Positions 59,839-64,000 of a stretch of 64,000 nucleotides of DNA are shown piece by piece (position 1 is the first letter of the stretch; each line of letters begins with the position of its first letter). The notes below the pieces were generated by a model. That model ran no database searches and had not been told where the DNA came from. It saw nothing but the letters and a program-made list of their open reading frames with translations. Position numbers and translations under genes: made by a program. Source of the DNA: an uncultured Alphaproteobacteria bacterium (GTDB taxonomy: Bacteria; Pseudomonadota; Alphaproteobacteria; ATCC43930; CGMCC-115725); assembly GCA_963755435.1 (NCBI GenBank), contig CAVWJX010000016.1:1048-65047 (forward strand), given 5' to 3'.

Positions 59839-60567
59839 ATGTCGATTTTCTCGCCGCATCTGATGCTGAGCTACTTGTTCAGCTTCAGTTCGCACATGCC
59901 GCGATGGTGACGCTATGGATCAGCATGGCCTCGCTGCTGGTCGGCATGGCAATCGGCTTATTGCTGGCGGCCGGCCAGGAAGCCCCCTCGCGCATCCTCC
60001 GCGGCATGATCATCCTCTATCTGTGGCTGTTCCGGGGAACTCCGGTGCTGCTGCAGCTGGTGTTCGCTTTCAACGTGCTGCCTTTGTTTCACATCGTCCT
60101 GCCCGCCTATGCCTGCGCGGTTCTCGCCCTCGGCCTCAACGAGGGCGCCTACATTGACCGAGATCATGCGCTCGGGCATCCGCGCGGTGGGGCCCGGCCA
60201 ACGGCTCGCCGCGCGCGCCCTCGGCCTCGAGGACAGCCAGATCATGATGTGGGTCGTGCTGCCGCAGGCGCTGCGCATCGTGATCCCGCCGATCGGCAAC
60301 CAATTTAACGGCATGTTGAAACTCTCGGCGCTGGTCTCGGTGATCGGCGTGCAGGAACTGCTGCTGGTGGCCGACCAGACGGCGTCGATGAATTTCCGCT
60401 TCCTCGAAACGCTGACCGTCGCCGACATCTACTATCTGGCGATGACCACGGTCCTGATGGCGATCCAGGTCGTTGTCGAGCGGGCCTGCCGCCGACGCCG
60501 CGGCAGGAGCGCGAAGGCAATCAGCTTCAAGCGCCCCTCGTTGGCCGATCTCGGGATGGTGCGGTGA
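59839..60567 (+). pseudogene. Amino-acid ABC transporter permease (HisM/GlnP type) with two apparent frameshifts
   Basis: MSIFSPHLMLSYLF.., then AAMVTLWISMASLLVGMAIG..FRGTPVLLQL..GLNEGAY, then TEIMRSGIRAV..QALRIVIPPIGNQF, read in three successive frames. Shifts lie near 59895-59905 and 60150-60155. Confidence 0.7.
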
Positions 60568-61301
60568 GGGTGCTGCTCGAAGGGATCGCGATCTGCAAGA
60601 GCTACGGCACGGAGGACGTGCTGAAGGGGGTGGACCTCGAGGTCCGCGAAGGCGAATGCCTGGTCGTGATCGGGCCGTCCGGCTCGGGGAAATCGACGCT
60701 GCTCAAATGCCTTAACCTGTTGGAGCCGATCTCGTCCGGCCGAATTCGGTTCGAGGGCGAGGAGATCGCGCATTTGCGGCGCAGTGCCGCGGTCGCGGTG
60801 CGCCGGCGCATCGGCATGGTGTTCCAGAGCTTCGAATTGTTTCAGCACCTGAGTGCCGAGGACAACATCGCACTGGCAAGGGTTCGCGTGCACAAGGACG
60901 AGCCGGCGCGGGCGCGCGAACTGGCGCGCCACCTGCTGCGCAAGGTGCACCTGCCCGACAAGGCGGAAATGTACCCGGACGAATTGTCTGGCGGGCAGCA
61001 GCAACGCGTCGCGATCGCCCGCGCGCTCGCGATGCAGCCGGCGCTGATGCTCTACGACGAACCGACCAGCGCGCTCGACCCCGAGACCGTCGGCGAGGTG
61101 CTCGATGCGATGCAGGAGCTTGCCGATGAAGGGATGACCAGCATTGTCGTGACCCATGAGATGAGCTTCGCGCGGCGCGCCGCCGACCGGGTGATCTTTC
61201 TCGACGGCGGTAAGATCGCGCATAGCGGCGCAGCCGGGAAATTTTTCTCCGACGAGGTTCCCGATCGGGTGGCACGGTTTCTCGGACGCATCAGAGGATG
61301 A
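60564..61301 (+). CDS. Amino-acid ABC transporter ATP-binding protein
   Basis: Reads GPSGSGKSTLLKCLN, LSGGQQQRVAIARALA, MLYDEPTSALDPE and VVTHEMSFA. Confidence 0.85.
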   Translation: MRVLLEGIAICKSYGTEDVLKGVDLEVREGECLVVIGPSGSGKSTLLKCLNLLEPISSGRIRFEGEEIAHLRRSAAVAVRRRIGMVFQSFELFQHLSAEDNIALARVRVHKDEPARARELARHLLRKVHLPDKAEMYPDELSGGQQQRVAIARALAMQPALMLYDEPTSALDPETVGEVLDAMQELADEGMTSIVVTHEMSFARRAADRVIFLDGGKIAHSGAAGKFFSDEVPDRVARFLGRIRG

Positions 61302-61383
61302 GCGGGCGATTGCGGGCTCGGCGACGGCGGTCTTGGGGACCGCGGCCGGGACCACGGCGCCTCTCACGATTGTAGGCTCAGCG

Positions 61384-62736
61384 ATGACAAAGCGCATGCA
61401 TCTCGCCTTCGACCTCTCCTACATCCACATGGAGGGTCGCTGGCGAATGCCGGGTGCCTGGCGCGGACGCAACTATCCCGACGTCGGCGAGTTCGAAGAA
61501 ATCGCGCGCATCGCCGAACGCGGTCTCCTCGACATGTTGTTCTCCGGTGACGGCACCGGGGTCCCGAGCACCTGGCAAGGGAGCCGCGATGCCGCGGTGC
61601 GCTGGGGCGTGTCGTGGCCGCGGCAAGATCTGGCGCCGCTCTCGGTTGCGATGTCGCGAGTGACCGAGCATCTCGGCTTCGGCGTCACCTATTCGACGAC
61701 GTTTATGCACCCCTATTACTTGGCGCGGCTGTTCAACTCGCTCGACCACGTGACCGGGGGACGCATCGCCTTCAATGTGATCACATCGACGCGGCGATCC
61801 GATTTCGCCAATTACGGCTATGACGATCTCGTTGATCACGACGAGCGCTATGACCGGATGGAGGAATTCATCGACGTCTGCCGCGCTCTCTGGGATTCGG
61901 TCGAGCCGGACGCCATGCTGTGGGACCGGGAGACGGGCAGGGTCGCCGATCCCGCGAAGCTGCACGATGTCGAGCACCGCGGCCGGTTCTTCAAGGTCAA
62001 GGGGCCGCTCAACACGCCGCCTTCGCCGCAGGGAAGGCCGGTGCTGCTGCAAGCCGGCAGCTCGCCGCGCGGCATCCGCGCCTCGGCCTATGTCGCCGAC
62101 ATGGCGTTCGGCCCGGACATGCCGCTCACATTGCAAATCGCGCAGCGCGAGGCGCTCGACGCGGCCGTGACGGCGCTCGGCCGCGACCCCGAAAGTATGG
62201 GCATCGTATGGCAGCAGCCCTGTGTCGTCGCCGAGACCGAGCGCGAGGCGCTGGCGCGGCGCGAGCTGTTGCTGTCGGCGATCCCGGCCGAGGGGGTCGG
62301 GGTCTATCTGTCGCACAATTCGGGATATGATTTTTCGACCTTGCCGCACCGCTTCACGCTCGGCGAGCTGCACCGCGAGATCATCGCCAGCCAGGCGTCC
62401 CCCGGCGGCTTCATGCGCGAAATGGTGGCGCAGCTCGGCGCCGACGCCGAGATTACCCGCGCGGAATTTTTCGACCATGGCCGGCAGTTCGCGACCAGCT
62501 ACGCAAGGACGGTCGCGGGGACCGCCCCGCAAGTCGCCGATCACCTCGAAGAAGTGTTCGAGGCGACCGGCAGCCGCGGCGGCTTCATGCTGGGCCATGT
62601 CGTGTCGATGCCAGGCGACCTCGCGGCGATCGTCGATCTCTTGGTGCCGGAGCTGCAGCGGCGCGGTCGGTTCCGCCGCGAATACAAGGGAACACGCTGC
62701 GCCAGAACCTGTTCGACGACGATTAGACCAGAGTGA
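61384..62736 (+). CDS. LLM flavin-dependent monooxygenase (NtaA/DszA family), 3'-terminal frameshift
   Basis: Reads MTKRMHLAFDLS, LDHVTGGRIAFNVITS, ERYDRMEEF and QRRGRFRREYKG. The expected tail (NTLRQNLFDDD*, stop at 62724-62726) is in another frame after 62688-62692. Confidence 0.8.
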   Translation: MTKRMHLAFDLSYIHMEGRWRMPGAWRGRNYPDVGEFEEIARIAERGLLDMLFSGDGTGVPSTWQGSRDAAVRWGVSWPRQDLAPLSVAMSRVTEHLGFGVTYSTTFMHPYYLARLFNSLDHVTGGRIAFNVITSTRRSDFANYGYDDLVDHDERYDRMEEFIDVCRALWDSVEPDAMLWDRETGRVADPAKLHDVEHRGRFFKVKGPLNTPPSPQGRPVLLQAGSSPRGIRASAYVADMAFGPDMPLTLQIAQREALDAAVTALGRDPESMGIVWQQPCVVAETEREALARRELLLSAIPAEGVGVYLSHNSGYDFSTLPHRFTLGELHREIIASQASPGGFMREMVAQLGADAEITRAEFFDHGRQFATSYARTVAGTAPQVADHLEEVFEATGSRGGFMLGHVVSMPGDLAAIVDLLVPELQRRGRFRREYKGTRCARTCSTTIRPE

Positions 62737-62744
62737 GAGCGCAC

Positions 62745-62870
62745 CGCCAATTGCCGCTGGGCACGGTAAAATTTCACCTCGAGTCTCATCGTGTTTGGAG
62801 ACCGCTCGAGACAGGCCCGATCCCCGGCGCGGTCCGCGCGTGGTTCAGTACATTGTTCCCAGATATTTCC
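62745..62870 (+). pseudogene. LuxR-type HTH relic
   Basis: ..LPLGTVKFHLES.. resembles the recognition-helix block (S..TVK.H...I..KL) of LuxR/FixJ C-terminal domains. There is no start, no N-terminal domain, and the frame is broken. Confidence 0.3.
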
Positions 62871-63829
62871 GGCCGGGTGCGGCGTTCTTCGGCACGGCGA
62901 GCGGCGCTTTTGCCGCCGCGGTTCCCCGAGGCTGAACCCAGAGAGCGAGACCGCGCCGCGCAAGCGGGCGCCGCCATGCAGTCTCTCACGGATCAGATCC
63001 ACCTGCAGAGCGTCGAGTTCAAAGTCGACGATCGGCAGAATTGTCCGCAAAGGGCCCGACGATCTCGCCATCACGTCGCTTCCTCTGCGGTGCAGTGGAC
63101 CCGCTCGTGGCACTGCTCAATCGCTCTGTTGTACCGGGCCAGCATATTTTGGGGTTTTTTGGTTTTAATCACTTGACAGATGTATTGATCATCAGCTGCC
63201 CTGGCTAGGAGAAAAAATCGCCAGGGCGTTTTCTAGAGCCATTTCGGCAGAATAACCTTTATTTTCGATAAATTAGGTCGAAAAAAGATCGTCAGCTGAT
63301 GCTCTGACCCTGACGATATCGGACGAAGACTGTCAATACGGCGGCATATCGTCAGCGGGCGCGTCGGCCGCCATCTGTACCGGCCGATAGCTGCCGGTAC
63401 GGTACTGAGCGATCTTTTTTAGATCGGTATCCTTATACCGTTTTTCGGGATGCTGCGGGATGGCATGGGACGGGCCAAAATCATTCCCACTCTATGGTTC
63501 TAAGTGATGATAACGCGCTGGTTCATAAGCGCAATTTTTTTGCACCGACAAAGAACCGACTCCCCAATCCGTCAAAAATTCGGGCTCTTGATTTCAAAAG
63601 CGAATTTCGACGATCCGCGATTTGCTCGGTTTCAGCGACTATCGGTATCGGTCGGTCGATTCTCCAAATCTTCTGCGAGAGCGGCGTCACCAGGTTGGCC
63701 CAAAAAAAGACCGTCAGCGATGGCGAACCGGTTCGATGCTGCTGGGACATCCGCCGCGCCCCGTTGCCAAAGTTTGCGTCATCTCAGAGCGCTGCTGACC
63801 TCGGCAGGGGAGCGCTGAGGTCAAGACGG

Positions 63830-64000
63830 TTACCGCTCCCGGACTGCGTAGGTTAGGTGGGTCACCCGCTGCGTCGGCTCCGCGCGGACCAGTTCCAGGG
63901 CCACGCGGCCCGCGTCGATGCCCTCGAACAGGCGGATCCCCGAGCCGAACAGCACGGGCGACAGCGCGATCGAGAACTCGTCGATCAAGCCGGCTTTCAC
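63830..64000 (-). CDS. Dihydrofolate-reductase-like (RibD C-terminal domain) protein, C-terminal part (5' end outside window)
   Basis: Minus strand reads VKAGLIDEFSIALSPVLFGSGIRLFEGIDAGRVALELVRAEPTQRVTHLTYAVRER*. Confidence 0.65.
   Translation of the reverse strand: MKAGLIDEFSIALSPVLFGSGIRLFEGIDAGRVALELVRAEPTQRVTHLTYAVRER

Noticed and set aside
63290-63500. Minus-strand peptide-like frame (..DFGPSHAIPQHPEKRYKDTDLKKIAQYRTGSYRPVQMAADAPADDMPPY*)
   Set aside because: An in-frame stop lies just upstream and there is no ATG/GTG/TTG until 13 codons before the end. It cannot be called a gene.

Overview
High-GC segment, probably alphaproteobacterial (Rhizobiales-like); that placement is inferred from repeat and gene content, not computed. 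It is dominated by nitrogen-compound uptake and catabolism operons. These include a BMP-type ABC transporter with an embedded formamidase and cysteine hydrolase, and a PotD-type transporter with D-hydantoinase, HyuAB, RutA and a 2OG oxygenase. There are also two NMT1-type transporters with three Rieske oxygenases, an amidohydrolase and a CoxM/S/L-type molybdenum hydroxylase, plus four LLM flavin monooxygenases. Core-like genes lie between them (tRNA-Ser(GCU), NUDIX hydrolase, acyl-CoA dehydrogenase, PduO-type adenosyltransferase). Two diverged, inverted copies of an IS5-family element sit at 1-464 and 38647-40151, and each carries a conserved second ORF. The left copy truncates a TraG/VirD4 relic of a conjugative element. 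Two visibly lower-GC accessory inserts stand out. One (2353-5247) is a translationally coupled module: a 17-aa micro-ORF, an unknown protein, a carotenoid-oxygenase-like protein and a JAMM peptidase. The other (40186-41862) is a tandem-MazG / CHAT-protease fusion 34 bp from the IS end. The window also holds gene-fragment clusters, several tandem repeats, a perfect 96-bp in-frame duplication in an ABC ATPase, and at least 15 single-base frameshifts in otherwise conserved genes. Those frameshifts could be assembly indels or real decay; this cannot be decided from sequence alone. No CRISPR array, rRNA or intact transcription regulator was recognised.
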